This document shows positions 63,900 to 64,000 of a stretch of DNA of 64,000 bases, in pieces (the first letter of the stretch is position 1; every line of letters begins with the position of its first letter). A program made the position numbers and the translations under genes. The notes under the pieces were generated by a model. The model did not search any database. It was given only the letters and a program-made list of their open reading frames with translations, and was not told the origin of the DNA. Source of the stretch: Chitinophagales bacterium (GTDB taxonomy: Bacteria; Bacteroidota; Bacteroidia; Chitinophagales; JADIYW01); the NCBI GenBank assembly GCA_023957235.1, contig JAMLHI010000006.1, positions 77,525-141,524 on the forward strand. Reading direction: 5' to 3'.

Positions 63900-64000
63900 T
63901 TAAGTGAGTTCTTTGATGAGTAGTTGTTTTAAATCTTCAGGTATTTTGACGCTTTTTTGTGTGATAGGGTCAGCGCATACCATTATTCCTTGACCTGTAG
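63900..64000 (-). CDS. 3' end of an unidentified gene running off the window
   Basis: The minus-strand frame is open to the window edge and ends ...TGQGIMVCADPITQKSVKIPEDLKQLLIKELT(stop). Too short to classify. Confidence 0.3.
   Translation of the reverse strand, partial: TGQGIMVCADPITQKSVKIPEDLKQLLIKELT

Overview
AT-rich chromosomal segment that looks like Bacteroidota. The assignment rests on T9SS-type C-terminal sorting domains on several secreted proteins, FISUMP lipoproteins, a bacillithiol gene, a TPR/HisKA_3 kinase with a LuxR-type regulator, and TTG-N20-TAnnTTT promoters. I found no rRNA, tRNA or CRISPR array. About 23.6-64 kb is mostly ordinary housekeeping and envelope DNA: rpmE, bshB1, gpx, antiporter, SMR pump, M16/M13/S8 peptidases, PafA-like phosphatase, LemA-TPM module, queG, hisIE, symporter, FKBP. 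The most unusual part is 4.6-23.6 kb, between mtaB and rpmE. It holds a decayed transposase-OrfA remnant in a 1.1-kb non-coding gap and a two-gene surface-fibre module (small T9SS-tagged protein plus a chimeric collagen-like / YadA-head-like / S74-chaperone fibre with near-identical 90-bp repeats). It also holds an 11-kb three-gene operon (terminal-Phe beta-barrel, ~2,400-aa unclassifiable exported giant, FN3-array protein) followed by a two-component system. The fibre module and the giant operon share a near-identical promoter/dyad cassette. This operon is my best candidate for an undescribed envelope or surface system, but I cannot run profile searches, so 'unclassifiable' means only that I recognised nothing by eye. 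Other notable structures are: a 1.78-kb insertion carrying an AAA/DUF4143-type ATPase, flanked by 278-bp direct repeats made from the 3' end of a PD-(D/E)XK nuclease gene; an unlisted 43-codon membrane ORF coupled between a PIG-L deacetylase and a symporter; a G+C-richer REP/MITE-like block with a 93-bp tandem repeat; and a 5'-truncated higB next to an intact higA. Several track ORF starts are TTG/GTG artefacts and have been moved to the first plausible ATG.
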